Positions 47,151 through 56,937 of a DNA stretch of 64,000 bases are shown piece by piece. Numbering within the stretch: position 1 is the stretch's first letter; each line of letters begins with the position of its first letter. The notes beneath the pieces were generated by a model. The model made no database searches. It saw nothing but the letters and a program-made list of their open reading frames with translations, and was not told the origin of the DNA. A program made the position numbers and the translations under genes. Origin of the DNA: Fibrobacteria bacterium (GTDB lineage: Bacteria > Fibrobacterota > Chitinivibrionia > Chitinivibrionales > FEN-1185). The DNA lies in assembly GCA_037447435.1 (NCBI GenBank), contig JBBIGR010000017.1:28985-92984 (forward strand), given 5' to 3'.

Positions 47151-49073
47151 TTAACCGGGAATAAAATGCATTTTCTTTTCTTTAAAAAACTTTATCCAAT
47201 TAATTACCATATCAATCAGCGTGCAAACAGCTAAAAGCCCCATAATAAGCACCAGGATCGCGTCGAGCGTGTAGGTAAAACCGATTGATGTATTGGTTGC
47301 AGCCAACGCTTTATGCCTAAAAATATCAACAAGTTGAAAAGAAGCGGTCAATGTCGTTACAAACATAAACAACATGGGAATAAATGTGACGAGCGAATAC
47401 TTTGGTTTGGTTGTTTTTAAAATAACCGTGGTTCCTATTCCCAGCGCGATTGCAGAGAGCAATTGATTTGTAACACCGAACATGGGCCAAATCGTCGAAA
47501 CGCTTCCGGTAAAAATAAGATAGCCCCACGACAAAACGACAATCGCGCTTGTCGTCACGATGCCGGGCATCCAACGGATATTTCCCATCCGCGGATATAT
47601 TTTCCCTCCCATTTCCTGCAATAAAAACCGTGCGACGCGAGTTCCCGCGTCAACAGTCGTCAGAATAAACAATGCTTCAAACATTAACGCGAAATTATAC
47701 CAGTACGGCATCAGCTGCTTCATTCCCGGTAAATTGGAAAATATATACGCCATCCCGACTGCAAGCGATACGGCTCCGCCGGGCCTGCCTGAAACAGTGA
47801 CGCCGACCAGCGAGGAAAAGTTTTGAATGAACTGGGGAGCAAACCCCAAGGCCGATAACGCTTCCTTTGAAAGCGTTGTATTAATTGCAAAGTAATCGCC
47901 CGGAATAAGGATAGTTGCCGCAATAAGCGCCATCATCGACACGAAACCTTCGGTCAACATCGCGCCGTATCCGATGACGCGAATATCCTTTTCCGCCATT
48001 ATCATTTTCGGCGTCGTGCCCGATGAAATTAGCGCGTGAAACCCGGATATCGCGCCGCAGGCAATGGTAATGAACATGAACGGAAAAATCGGGCCCGGTA
48101 TGATCGGCCCGCCGCCGAAAACGAATTTGGTACAGGGCGGCATTATGATGTTCGGATGCATGACGAAAATTCCGACAGCCAGCAGCAGTATGGTCCCTAC
48201 TTTCATATACGTCGACAAATAATCACGGGGACATAAAAGCATCCAGACAGGCAACACCGATGCAAAAAAGCCGTAAACGACCAATGCGATGATGATTACG
48301 TTTCGAGGCTGACTGAATATTTTTTCAAGCTGAGAACCCGGTATGAAATGTCCGGCAATAACCGCGGCAATCAACAAAACCACCCCGATGGCGCTGACCT
48401 CCCCTATTTTATTGGGACGAAACGTCCGTAAATAAAATCCCATGAGAAGCGCGATCGGAATCGTTATGACAATGGTAAATGTTCCCCACGGACTGTTCGT
48501 AAGCGCATTGACGACATTGAGCCCCAATCCGGCCAGCGCCACTATGATAATGAAAAGTATCGCGATCGAAGAAGCCGCGCCGCATACGGGTCCCACTTCT
48601 TCTTTAGCAATTTGCGCAAGCGATTTTCCGTTTCGTCGCACCGATGCCGCGAGAATGACCATATCATGAACCGCGCCCGCAAAAACCGATCCGATCAAAA
48701 TCCATAAAAAGCCGGGCAAATAGCCGAATTGCGCGGCCAGTACGGGCCCGATAAGCGGTCCTGCTCCGGCAATTGCCGCAAAATGATGGCCGAACAATAC
48801 CCATTTGTTCGTAGGATCAAAATCGATCCCGTCTTTTAGCCGAACGGCCGGGGTTTCCATCTTATTATCGAGCGCAAGAACTTTGGCAGCGAGAAAAGAC
48901 GAATAAAACCGGTAAAAAATCGAATAAAAACAAGCCGTGGCCGTGACGATCCATAAAGCGTTTACTTTTTCAAACGGATTGTACAATCCGGTCACTATCG
49001 ATAGCGATACCGCTGCAATGAGGGATATCGAAAGCCAAATAACTATGGAGATTGATTTTTTTATGACAAACAT
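47151..49073 (-). CDS. cstA: Carbon starvation protein A (peptide/pyruvate transporter)
   Basis: FGHHFAAIAGAGPLIGP, PVWMLLCPRDYLS, ACGAISGFHALISSGTT, TTVDAGTR, IWPMFG. Confidence 0.95.
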   Translation of the reverse strand: MFVIKKSISIVIWLSISLIAAVSLSIVTGLYNPFEKVNALWIVTATACFYSIFYRFYSSFLAAKVLALDNKMETPAVRLKDGIDFDPTNKWVLFGHHFAAIAGAGPLIGPVLAAQFGYLPGFLWILIGSVFAGAVHDMVILAASVRRNGKSLAQIAKEEVGPVCGAASSIAILFIIIVALAGLGLNVVNALTNSPWGTFTIVITIPIALLMGFYLRTFRPNKIGEVSAIGVVLLIAAVIAGHFIPGSQLEKIFSQPRNVIIIALVVYGFFASVLPVWMLLCPRDYLSTYMKVGTILLLAVGIFVMHPNIIMPPCTKFVFGGGPIIPGPIFPFMFITIACGAISGFHALISSGTTPKMIMAEKDIRVIGYGAMLTEGFVSMMALIAATILIPGDYFAINTTLSKEALSALGFAPQFIQNFSSLVGVTVSGRPGGAVSLAVGMAYIFSNLPGMKQLMPYWYNFALMFEALFILTTVDAGTRVARFLLQEMGGKIYPRMGNIRWMPGIVTTSAIVVLSWGYLIFTGSVSTIWPMFGVTNQLLSAIALGIGTTVILKTTKPKYSLVTFIPMLFMFVTTLTASFQLVDIFRHKALAATNTSIGFTYTLDAILVLIMGLLAVCTLIDMVINWIKFFKEKKMHFIPG

Positions 49074-49093
49074 TACTTGTAATTGGTAGCGGA

Positions 49094-51352
49094 TTATTCC
49101 GTTTTGGTTGATGCGGCCTTTTTAATCACGGCAAGAAATTCGTCGATATTGAACGGTTTGGCGATGACGCCGCAAAATCCATACTCAGAATAATTTGCCA
49201 TGATGGGATCGTTGGAATATCCGGAAGCAACAACCACTTTGGCATTTTTATCGATTTCCAGAATCTTTGCGACCGCTTCCTTGCCGCCCATTCCGCCGGG
49301 AATGGTCAGGTCCATAACGACGACCTTAAAGCAATCGCCATTTTCTTTCGCCTGCGCATACGCATCGATCGTATCTTTCCCCGATGCGGTGCAATACACA
49401 TCGTAGCCCGAAGATTTCAACAATTGTTTTAACACGCTTCGAATCGCGACATCGTCGTCCATAATCAATATTTTTTCGCCGGTACCCGACGGACGGGTAT
49501 CGGCTTTTTTTGATTCGCCGTTTGTTTCTTTTTTCGAAGATATCGGAATATATAACGATACGGTAGTTCCTTTTCCCACTTCGGAATCCACCGAAATGCC
49601 GCCGTTATGCGCTTTAAGAATCGAATATGCAATTGTCAACCCCGAACCGTTTCCGTGCGGTTTTGTGGTATAATACGGATCGAATATCTTTTCGATATTT
49701 TCCTTGGGAATTCCGACGCCCTCGTCCTTGATATCTATTCTGACGTACGGGCCGGGCTTAAGCATCGCATTGGTCTCGCTCGACGGGTCGCCCGATACGT
49801 TGACTGCGACATTTTTCGCGGTAACGAAAATCGTACCGCCCTGCGGCATGGCCTGATCGGAATTAATGATCAAATTGTTGATGACCTGGTCGATTTGGCC
49901 CCTGTCGGCTTCGACCGTTTCGAGATTTTCCGCTATATCCAGTTTGTAATTGACATTTGAGCCCGACAGGCAAAACCCGACCGAATCTTCTATAATATGC
50001 CTGATAGCCAGAACTTCCTTGACCGGCGCTCCGCCTTTTGAGAAAGTCAATAATTGTTTTACCAGTTTACTGGCACGAAACGCTGCCTTTTCGGCCTCCG
50101 AAAGCAATTGAAAAGTTTCCTGATCGTTTTTGGTCCGCAGCTTTGCCATGAACAGGTTGGTGATTATTCCCGTGAGAATGTTATTGAAATCATGCGCGAT
50201 TCCCCCCGCAAGCACGCCGAGGGATTCCAGCTTTTTTCCTTTGTATAATTCCAATTCGAGTTTTTGCCGCTCGGTCATGTCCCTGAATACCAGAACCATT
50301 CCGATGACTTCGCCGTTTGCCTGATTTATAGGAGCCACCGACAACAAATCCACCACGCGATTTTGCCCGCTGGGGACCGCAAGCCGACATTGTATCGCCA
50401 TATGCTTGATGCCGTATTTCTCGATCATGGACCGGACTATGCCCTGTTTCGTATCCGCGCCTTTTTCACGCGCCTCGCGCGAAAATTCGAGGACATCGTC
50501 GATATGTTTTCCGACTGCTTCCTCAAGCTTGTATTTTGTAAACGATAGCGCTATGGGATTTATGGATAGAATTTTTCCGGCCGTATCGGTCGATACGACT
50601 CCGTCGCCGATGCTCGCCATGGTTACGGACAACATTTCTTTTTCAGCCGCAAGCGCATCCTGAGCGTTTCGAAGTTCCGAAATATCTTTTATATATTCGA
50701 TAACGCCTTTTATTTCTCCCGAATTGACGTCTTTCCAGGGATATGAATACAATGCCGACCATCCTATTTGTTGCCCTAACGCGTCGCGTTTGGGCACCAC
50801 TTCGAATGCGGCTTTCCCCGTTTTGATCGTCTGCAAACTGGGGCATTGTAAACACGGGGAATCTTTATGATGGTATACCCAATAACATTTTTTCCCCGCA
50901 ATCGGCAGTTTTTCCTTATACCATTGCTCCATTGCCTGATTGGTGCCGATGATGGATAAGCTTGTGTCGAGAATGCTTATGGGATCTTGAATGCTGTTAA
51001 AAACATCCATGTAAAAATGTTCGCGTTCAGCAAACATTTCTTCCGATCTTTTGCGCTCGTCGATATCTCTGACAAGCCGCTCGTTCGCGTAAGACAGCTC
51101 TTTTGTCCGTTCTAAAACTTGTTTTTCGAGAAGTTGAGCGGTTTTTTTCAATTCGGACCGGGCTTTGATGATTTCGGCGGTCATCATCTCCAGACCGTAT
51201 AAGGCATTATAAAACTCATCGCCGTGGTCTATTTTATCAAGATCCACCCTGTCGGCAAAATCTCCCGAGGAAATACCGGCAAACGCCTTGGTCATTTTCT
51301 CAAGATTTTCTTTGACATAGTTTCTGTATTGTTGCGGATCATTGACGTTCAT
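49094..51352 (-). CDS. Cytoplasmic hybrid histidine kinase (HAMP-PAS-PAS-HisKA-HATPase-REC)
   Basis: LAGGIAHDFNNIL H box, NLIINSDQAM, DEGVGI, REC MDLTIPGG. No TM segment. Confidence 0.92.
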   Translation of the reverse strand: MNVNDPQQYRNYVKENLEKMTKAFAGISSGDFADRVDLDKIDHGDEFYNALYGLEMMTAEIIKARSELKKTAQLLEKQVLERTKELSYANERLVRDIDERKRSEEMFAEREHFYMDVFNSIQDPISILDTSLSIIGTNQAMEQWYKEKLPIAGKKCYWVYHHKDSPCLQCPSLQTIKTGKAAFEVVPKRDALGQQIGWSALYSYPWKDVNSGEIKGVIEYIKDISELRNAQDALAAEKEMLSVTMASIGDGVVSTDTAGKILSINPIALSFTKYKLEEAVGKHIDDVLEFSREAREKGADTKQGIVRSMIEKYGIKHMAIQCRLAVPSGQNRVVDLLSVAPINQANGEVIGMVLVFRDMTERQKLELELYKGKKLESLGVLAGGIAHDFNNILTGIITNLFMAKLRTKNDQETFQLLSEAEKAAFRASKLVKQLLTFSKGGAPVKEVLAIRHIIEDSVGFCLSGSNVNYKLDIAENLETVEADRGQIDQVINNLIINSDQAMPQGGTIFVTAKNVAVNVSGDPSSETNAMLKPGPYVRIDIKDEGVGIPKENIEKIFDPYYTTKPHGNGSGLTIAYSILKAHNGGISVDSEVGKGTTVSLYIPISSKKETNGESKKADTRPSGTGEKILIMDDDVAIRSVLKQLLKSSGYDVYCTASGKDTIDAYAQAKENGDCFKVVVMDLTIPGGMGGKEAVAKILEIDKNAKVVVASGYSNDPIMANYSEYGFCGVIAKPFNIDEFLAVIKKAASTKTE

Positions 51353-51459
51353 GCGAACCGATCTTCTTTCATACTATCAGTGGGTCTTCGGCATTTGCCC
51401 GCTATAAAATAATGCCATTGTTTACAAATATTTTCTACTCATATTTGCAATGACGGATT

Positions 51460-52278
51460 TTAAGGCCGGGACTTTTTCCCTTCTTCGCTTAAAACCTCGT
51501 TCATCGCGCCGGTCCGATACCCTCTTGTATCAATTGCCACATACGCGTATCCGCCTTGCTTTAACGCATCTTCGATAACGAGCCGCTCGGCCCAGGCCCT
51601 ATCCATTTCCGATTCGATAAATTCCAGCCGCGCGATATCGCCATGGCTTCTCACCCGAAACTGGCTAAAGCCCATGAGCTTCAATACCTGTTCGGCTTTG
51701 CCGACCCGGTCGAGCTTGTCTTTTGTAATTTTTTCTCCGTAAGGAAATCGCGAAGCCAAACAGGCAAACGACGGTTTTTGCGCCGTGGGTAAATGCGCAT
51801 CTTTGGAAAACGCCCTAATGTCGTCTTTAGTCAATTTTGCCTCCACCATGGGTGACCGTATCGCCAATTCTTCTATCGCCTTACGGCCAGGGCGATAATC
51901 CTTCAAATCGTCGACATTGCTTCCGTCGAAAACCGTTTCAAAGCCCTTTTCCTTCGCAATGGATACGATCTTGGAAAAAAGCTCTTTCTTGCAATAATAA
52001 CATCGATGCGGAGGATTGTCGCTGAATCCGGGAATGTCTATTTCTTCGGAAACAATTAATAGCTGTTGCAAACCCAAAGCCTTTGCCGATTCTTTTGAAC
52101 CCGCTATTTCCGATTCCGGATAAGTCGATGATTGCGCCGTGACAAGCAGGACCTTGTTTTCGCCCAAAACCTCTTTGCAAACCGATGCAAGATACGTACT
52201 GTCGACGCCGCCGGAAAAGGCGACAACCGCGGATTTATATTCCCCTATTATTTTTTTAAGATGTTCCAGTTTGTTCAT
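51460..52278 (-). CDS. larE: LarE-family ATP-dependent sulfur transferase
   Basis: AFSGGVDS PP-loop, RCYYCK, DYRPG, ACLASRFPYG, GYRTGAMN. Confidence 0.9.
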   Translation of the reverse strand: MNKLEHLKKIIGEYKSAVVAFSGGVDSTYLASVCKEVLGENKVLLVTAQSSTYPESEIAGSKESAKALGLQQLLIVSEEIDIPGFSDNPPHRCYYCKKELFSKIVSIAKEKGFETVFDGSNVDDLKDYRPGRKAIEELAIRSPMVEAKLTKDDIRAFSKDAHLPTAQKPSFACLASRFPYGEKITKDKLDRVGKAEQVLKLMGFSQFRVRSHGDIARLEFIESEMDRAWAERLVIEDALKQGGYAYVAIDTRGYRTGAMNEVLSEEGKKSRP

Positions 52279-52310
52279 TTTCTTCCATTCCCCCCAAGCG
52301 TATTAAAGTT

Positions 52311-53294
52311 TCAAAATGAAAATTCGAACGTTATCGGCACGGGCGTTGCCAAGCTTTTTGATTTTGGAAAAGCCCAGGTGCTTATTTCATTTTCCAATTC
52401 CCTATTCAATTTCAAATTGCTCGGTTTTGAATGCGTGACTTTGACATTCTCGACCGCGCCGTTTGCATTCACGGTAAACGCAAGCGACATGGTGCCCGGA
52501 GTGTTTACCGATATCCATTTTGCAAGGGGCTTGGCAAACATTCCCTCGTAATATTTTTTCATGATAAAAGCGACCGTATCAGGAGTCAATTTTTCCACGG
52601 TTTGCGCGCGCAGGCCGTTAACAATTGCGGATTTGGCGAAGTTTTCCATTGAAAAAGAAGGCGAACAGGGATTCAGGTTGATTTTTTGAATCAACTTGGT
52701 TGCGCCAGCGGGAAAAAAGGACAATAACGCATTGCCGGCGGTATCGTAAAGCTTGTACGATCGTTTAGCAAAAGAGAATTGGGACCCGTTTGCCAAAGCG
52801 TCCCATACGGTATCGACCTTGCTCTCCCCAAAGCAGGTGTCTTTTCCCGCAATCATGACCTGCCCGATGATATGGACTTCAAACGTCAGACTGTCGGGAT
52901 TTTTTTTTGAATATGAAAACGGATTCATGTAACCGGTCATGATATGCGTAAACTGCAAGGAATCATGGTTCGGCAATCCTATCACCTCTTTCAAAACGCG
53001 CCAGAAAATACCGTTCTGCTTTAATTCTATCCGGTCCGAAACGTTCAGGCACGGCATGTCGTCGTCTACCGCGTTCGAACAATACCAAAATCCGGATAAT
53101 TTCTTTTTGATCGGGTCTTTTTGTTCTTCATTGAGGATTGCAATATTGGAATTTCTCGTCACAAGCCTTATTTGTTTTCCGGAAGAAAATTTTTGCGGCG
53201 TTTTATACAAAAACGTGGCTATGAATGCGACAATGATGAGCGCAATGGACAAATACATCGCTTTTTGATACATTTTTTGGGCCGATTGTGCCAT
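52311..53294 (-). CDS. Membrane-anchored protein with C-terminal TonB-C/AgmX-like domain
   Basis: N-terminal TM. C-terminal G...LAFTVNANGAVENVKV..S...WAFP...VPITFEF. Likely start ATG 53294. Confidence 0.6.
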   Translation of the reverse strand: MAQSAQKMYQKAMYLSIALIIVAFIATFLYKTPQKFSSGKQIRLVTRNSNIAILNEEQKDPIKKKLSGFWYCSNAVDDDMPCLNVSDRIELKQNGIFWRVLKEVIGLPNHDSLQFTHIMTGYMNPFSYSKKNPDSLTFEVHIIGQVMIAGKDTCFGESKVDTVWDALANGSQFSFAKRSYKLYDTAGNALLSFFPAGATKLIQKINLNPCSPSFSMENFAKSAIVNGLRAQTVEKLTPDTVAFIMKKYYEGMFAKPLAKWISVNTPGTMSLAFTVNANGAVENVKVTHSKPSNLKLNRELENEISTWAFPKSKSLATPVPITFEFSF

Positions 53295-53419
53295 GATATT
53301 CCCCTGCGATAAATAGTGGTCCGATGACTGTTGCGAAATGGGCAACAGATCACAATATATATTATAAATATTCAAAAAACGTATAACACCTATTGGTACA
53401 ATTAATAAAGGCTTAAGTC

Positions 53420-53971
53420 ATGGAAGATGCGGTTAAAAAAATATTGCTGGCAATCGGCGAAGACCCGGAAAGAGAAGGCTTAAAAGACACGCCGAAACGG
53501 GTAAAAAAATCCTTCGAACATCTCATGCAGGGCTATAAAGAAAACCCTTCCGCAATACTTAAAAAAGCGATTTTCACCGAAGAATGCAATCATATGATAA
53601 TCGTAAGGGACATCGAAGTTTACAGCATGTGCGAACATCATATGCTCCCCTTTTTCGGCAAATGTCATATCGGTTATATTGCCCAAAACAAGGTGTACGG
53701 AGTCAGCAAATTGGCACGCCTTGTCGATTGTTTTGCACGGCGATTGCAAGTCCAGGAACGCCTGACGCAACAAATCGCGGATTGCTTAATAGAACCCATA
53801 AAAGCCGAAGGCGTCGGCGTAATCATCGAAGCGCAGCATTTGTGCATGATGATGCGCGGCGTCACAAAACAAAATTCGAAAATGGTCACTTCCGCAATGC
53901 TCGGCAGTTTCAGAAGCGAAATCGCCACCCGCAACGAATTCCTTCATCTTATCGGCATGGAACGGGTGTAA
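53420..53971 (+). CDS. folE: GTP cyclohydrolase I
   Basis: [43 protein letters not shown]. Confidence 0.97.
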   Translation: MEDAVKKILLAIGEDPEREGLKDTPKRVKKSFEHLMQGYKENPSAILKKAIFTEECNHMIIVRDIEVYSMCEHHMLPFFGKCHIGYIAQNKVYGVSKLARLVDCFARRLQVQERLTQQIADCLIEPIKAEGVGVIIEAQHLCMMMRGVTKQNSKMVTSAMLGSFRSEIATRNEFLHLIGMERV

Positions 53972-53975
53972 TGGT

Positions 53976-54003
53976 AAAAAAGGCCAAGCTCGATTCTTGG
54001 CCT
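53976..54003 (-). terminator. Intrinsic terminator hairpin whose U tract is on the minus strand
   Basis: AGGCCAAG-N7-CTTGGCCT (53981-54003) preceded on + by an A tract. Confidence 0.6.
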
Positions 54004-54246
54004 GTCAATTCATTCCGATTCTATTTCCCATAAGACAATTTCGATTTCTTTCATGTAAGCACTTCCGCTTCCCCTTCCGTTTCGAGATTACGTTATAACC
54101 CGTGGGTCTCGATGCGCGGTCAATTTATGAGAAAAAGGCAATAAGGTGATAATTTTTAACGTATTATTACAATACGATTTGAATTGCGACTAAAAACTTT
54201 TGTTTGGGATATTGCGGTTTATACCGAATGAAGGGAGATTGGAAAA

Positions 54247-54891
54247 ATGAAACCGAAAATCATTATAGTTTGGAGAAAAATCGGAATAGCAATAGGCACT
54301 GCCGCGCTTCTTTTTTTAGCATGCAGTTCATCGGTGCAATTGTCCAATGTTTGGCAAGATCCTTCGTATAAACAGGCACCAATGAAAAGCGTCATGGTTA
54401 TCTCAATCAATGAAAATCAAGTCAAACGGAGATTATGGGAAGACGCGTTCGGCTATGAATTATCAAGACATAATGTGGCGGCAACGTCTTCCTATCAGCT
54501 GTTTCCCAGCGTGTCGCCCGATACGAATCAGATTGCCGATGCGGTTCGCCGTAACGGATACAACGGTCTGATTTTCATCACACCGCTCCCGACGCAAACA
54601 CAGGCGACCCAAGTTGCGCCGTATGTTACCTCGGAACCCATTACCCGGTATAATCCGTGGCGTGAAACATTTTCTACCCGATATGTTCCGGTCATGCATC
54701 CGGGTTATGTTGAGACCTCAAAAATCATCAGTCATGAAATCGATGTTTGGTCGACAAACGAACAAGAACATATGGTTTGGTCCGGAACGTGTACGATTGC
54801 CGATCCTTTTTCAGGAGAGCAGGTCCGAAATGAAACTATCGGGCATATTGTCCGGGAACTCGGTCGTGCGTCGATAATATCGGCTAAGTAA
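54247..54891 (+). CDS. Hypothetical lipoprotein
   Basis: Lipobox LA-C, WQDP..., RRLWED, VWSGT pattern typical of uncharacterised periplasmic lipoproteins. Confidence 0.7.
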   Translation: MKPKIIIVWRKIGIAIGTAALLFLACSSSVQLSNVWQDPSYKQAPMKSVMVISINENQVKRRLWEDAFGYELSRHNVAATSSYQLFPSVSPDTNQIADAVRRNGYNGLIFITPLPTQTQATQVAPYVTSEPITRYNPWRETFSTRYVPVMHPGYVETSKIISHEIDVWSTNEQEHMVWSGTCTIADPFSGEQVRNETIGHIVRELGRASIISAK

Positions 54892-54994
54892 TTCAAAAAC
54901 AGAGCAGAGCGATTGAGCGAAGTTGCCTCCAATCAATCTTTTCGCTGCATTAAGGCATTTTTCCAACTTCTCTATAAGCAAAATTCAAGCAAAA

Positions 54995-55021
54995 TAAATC
55001 AAAAAAATTTTAAGCCGATAT
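54995..55021 (+). promoter_or_regulatory. sigma28 (FliA/SigD) promoter
   Basis: TAAA-N15-GCCGATAT upstream of the flagellin gene. Confidence 0.9.
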
Positions 55022-55042
55022 TGTATATGAGGAAAGGCCACG

Positions 55043-55107
55043 GGCAAGGATGCCAAAATAACCGAATGATGTCTATAACGCATATGCCATCATTCTAACA
55101 AGGAGGT
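55043..55107 (+). promoter_or_regulatory. Two CsrA-type binding sites in the flagellin leader
   Basis: Hairpin GGCA-AGGA-TGCC (55043-55054) and ACAAGGAGGT overlapping the SD (55098-55107). Confidence 0.7.
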
Positions 55108-55112
55108 TCTTT

Positions 55113-55985
55113 ATGCGTATCAATCATAACATATCCGCAATGGTCACGCAGTCGGCTCTTTACACTGTCGGTAAAGAGATGTCCAGCTCGCTGGAAAAGT
55201 TGTCGACCGGTTTGCGCATCAACAGGGCAAGCGATGATGCTGCCGGACTCGGTGTGTCGGAAAATCTTCGTACACAGATTAACGGTACCGCGCAGGCGAA
55301 TAGAAACGCCCAGGACGGAATTGCCGCGCTGACAATCGCCGAAGGCGCCGCCAACGAAGTATCGTCGATATTGCAGCGCATGCGCGAACTTGCCGTTCAA
55401 ACGTCCAACGACACCTTTACCTCGGTGGAACGGGCGTACAGTGAATCGGAATTCCAGGCGCTCAACAGTGAAATAGACCGGATTTCCAATGTCACCAATT
55501 ACAATAAACAGCAATTGCTTTCTACGACCGGCGGCCGATTCGGTGCCGTGAATGCGGGCGCAACGCAATCGACGTTATGGATCGATGCGAATTCGCGAAG
55601 CGGCATAGACAGCATCACGATCAGCATAGCGACCTTAAGCGCGACGGATCTCGGCATCGGCGGTGCGGTAGGATCCGCGACATTGCAGCATCTTACCAGT
55701 CAATCTGCATCGGTAAACGCGATAAGCAGCCTCGACGGCGCTATCGACAGCGTCAACAGAATGCGTTCGGACATGGGAGCCTATATCAACAGGCTCGAAC
55801 ATGCCATCAATAACCTGAACGTATCCAATACGAACCAGCAGTCTGCGGAATCGCTCATTCGCGACGTGGATTTTGCATCGGAAACCGCGAAATTCACTAG
55901 GAACCAGATCCTGACGCAATCCGGTACCGCGATGCTTTCCCAGGCCAATTCCGTTCCGCAAAGCGTCCTCTCTTTGCTCAAATAA
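55113..55985 (+). CDS. fliC: Flagellin (short, 290 aa)
   Basis: MRINHN, EKLSTGLRINRASDDAAGL, LQRMRELAVQ, NRLEHAINNL, IRDVDFA, LSLLK. Confidence 0.98.
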   Translation: MRINHNISAMVTQSALYTVGKEMSSSLEKLSTGLRINRASDDAAGLGVSENLRTQINGTAQANRNAQDGIAALTIAEGAANEVSSILQRMRELAVQTSNDTFTSVERAYSESEFQALNSEIDRISNVTNYNKQQLLSTTGGRFGAVNAGATQSTLWIDANSRSGIDSITISIATLSATDLGIGGAVGSATLQHLTSQSASVNAISSLDGAIDSVNRMRSDMGAYINRLEHAINNLNVSNTNQQSAESLIRDVDFASETAKFTRNQILTQSGTAMLSQANSVPQSVLSLLK

Positions 55986-56010
55986 AATCGCCGGAAAACG
56001 GCCGTAAACG

Positions 56011-56040
56011 AAAAGGAGGCCGAAGCGGCCTCCTTTTTTT
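56011..56040. terminator. Bidirectional intrinsic terminator
   Basis: AAAAGGAGGCC-loop-GGCCTCCTTTT followed by a T tract. Confidence 0.9.
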
Positions 56041-56051
56041 AATCGTATTAC

Positions 56052-56930
56052 TTATTTGCGCCATTGCTTTATGGTAGATGAAATTTCGGATTTCGCCAGA
56101 ACAACTATTTTTGAGATTTCTTCGGAAGGAATATGCAATAATTGAAATAGATCGTCGGGTTCGGGGTTGTTTTCGAAATCGCTGCCCAATTTTTCTTTAT
56201 TGGAAATTTGATTCGCTTTGGACACTATGGTAGTTATCAACGCATATGCCGCCATTTGGGGCGGAATTTCGGAAATGGAATGATGGTATTGGATGGAGAT
56301 AATTAATTCGGGCGGGATTTTCCATTTCTTTGCCAGAAAACCGCCCGCATAGGCATGGTCCGCACCGAACATGTTTATTTCAGCGTGCGAAAGCGGTATA
56401 TTTTTTTTAGCCGATTCTTCAAAGGCCTTTGCAAAATCATCGTGCAGAAATTGTTCGAGTACCAATCGTCCCATATCATGCAACAAACCTCCCACAAAAC
56501 ATTCCTGCGGGTCCGGATACCGGACAAATTCGGCTATCGATTTTGCAATAAGCGCCGTGCCGAATGCGTGTTCCCAAAACGCATCGTGATCAAAGGTTTG
56601 CGATTTTGTGTTTCCGAATATTTTAACCATTGTCAGCCCAAGCATCAGATGGTTTACCGCATTGAGACCCAATATCGTTATTGCCTGGGTAATGGAGGAA
56701 ACCGGTTTGGATAGTCCGTAAAATGCCGAATTGACAAGCTTTATCGTTTTTGATGCAAGAGCGGGATCTTCCGCGATCACCGTTGCTATTTGCTGCATGG
56801 AACTTTTGGGATTGCGTATTATTTTCTGTACTTGTTGCAAAGCCAAAGGCAATGCCGGAAGCGATTCGAGCGCCGCCAATTTAGTTTCGAGATCCGGACT
56901 TTGCATTACTGTTTCCGTTCTATTCAACAA
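56052..56930 (-). CDS. HDOD-domain protein
   Basis: LPALP, DPALASKTIKLVNSAFYG, FWEHA, GLLHDMG, DHAYAG..LAKKW.IP, IQYHH. Confidence 0.92.
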   Translation of the reverse strand: MLNRTETVMQSPDLETKLAALESLPALPLALQQVQKIIRNPKSSMQQIATVIAEDPALASKTIKLVNSAFYGLSKPVSSITQAITILGLNAVNHLMLGLTMVKIFGNTKSQTFDHDAFWEHAFGTALIAKSIAEFVRYPDPQECFVGGLLHDMGRLVLEQFLHDDFAKAFEESAKKNIPLSHAEINMFGADHAYAGGFLAKKWKIPPELIISIQYHHSISEIPPQMAAYALITTIVSKANQISNKEKLGSDFENNPEPDDLFQLLHIPSEEISKIVVLAKSEISSTIKQWRK

Positions 56931-56937
56931 TGCGTCT

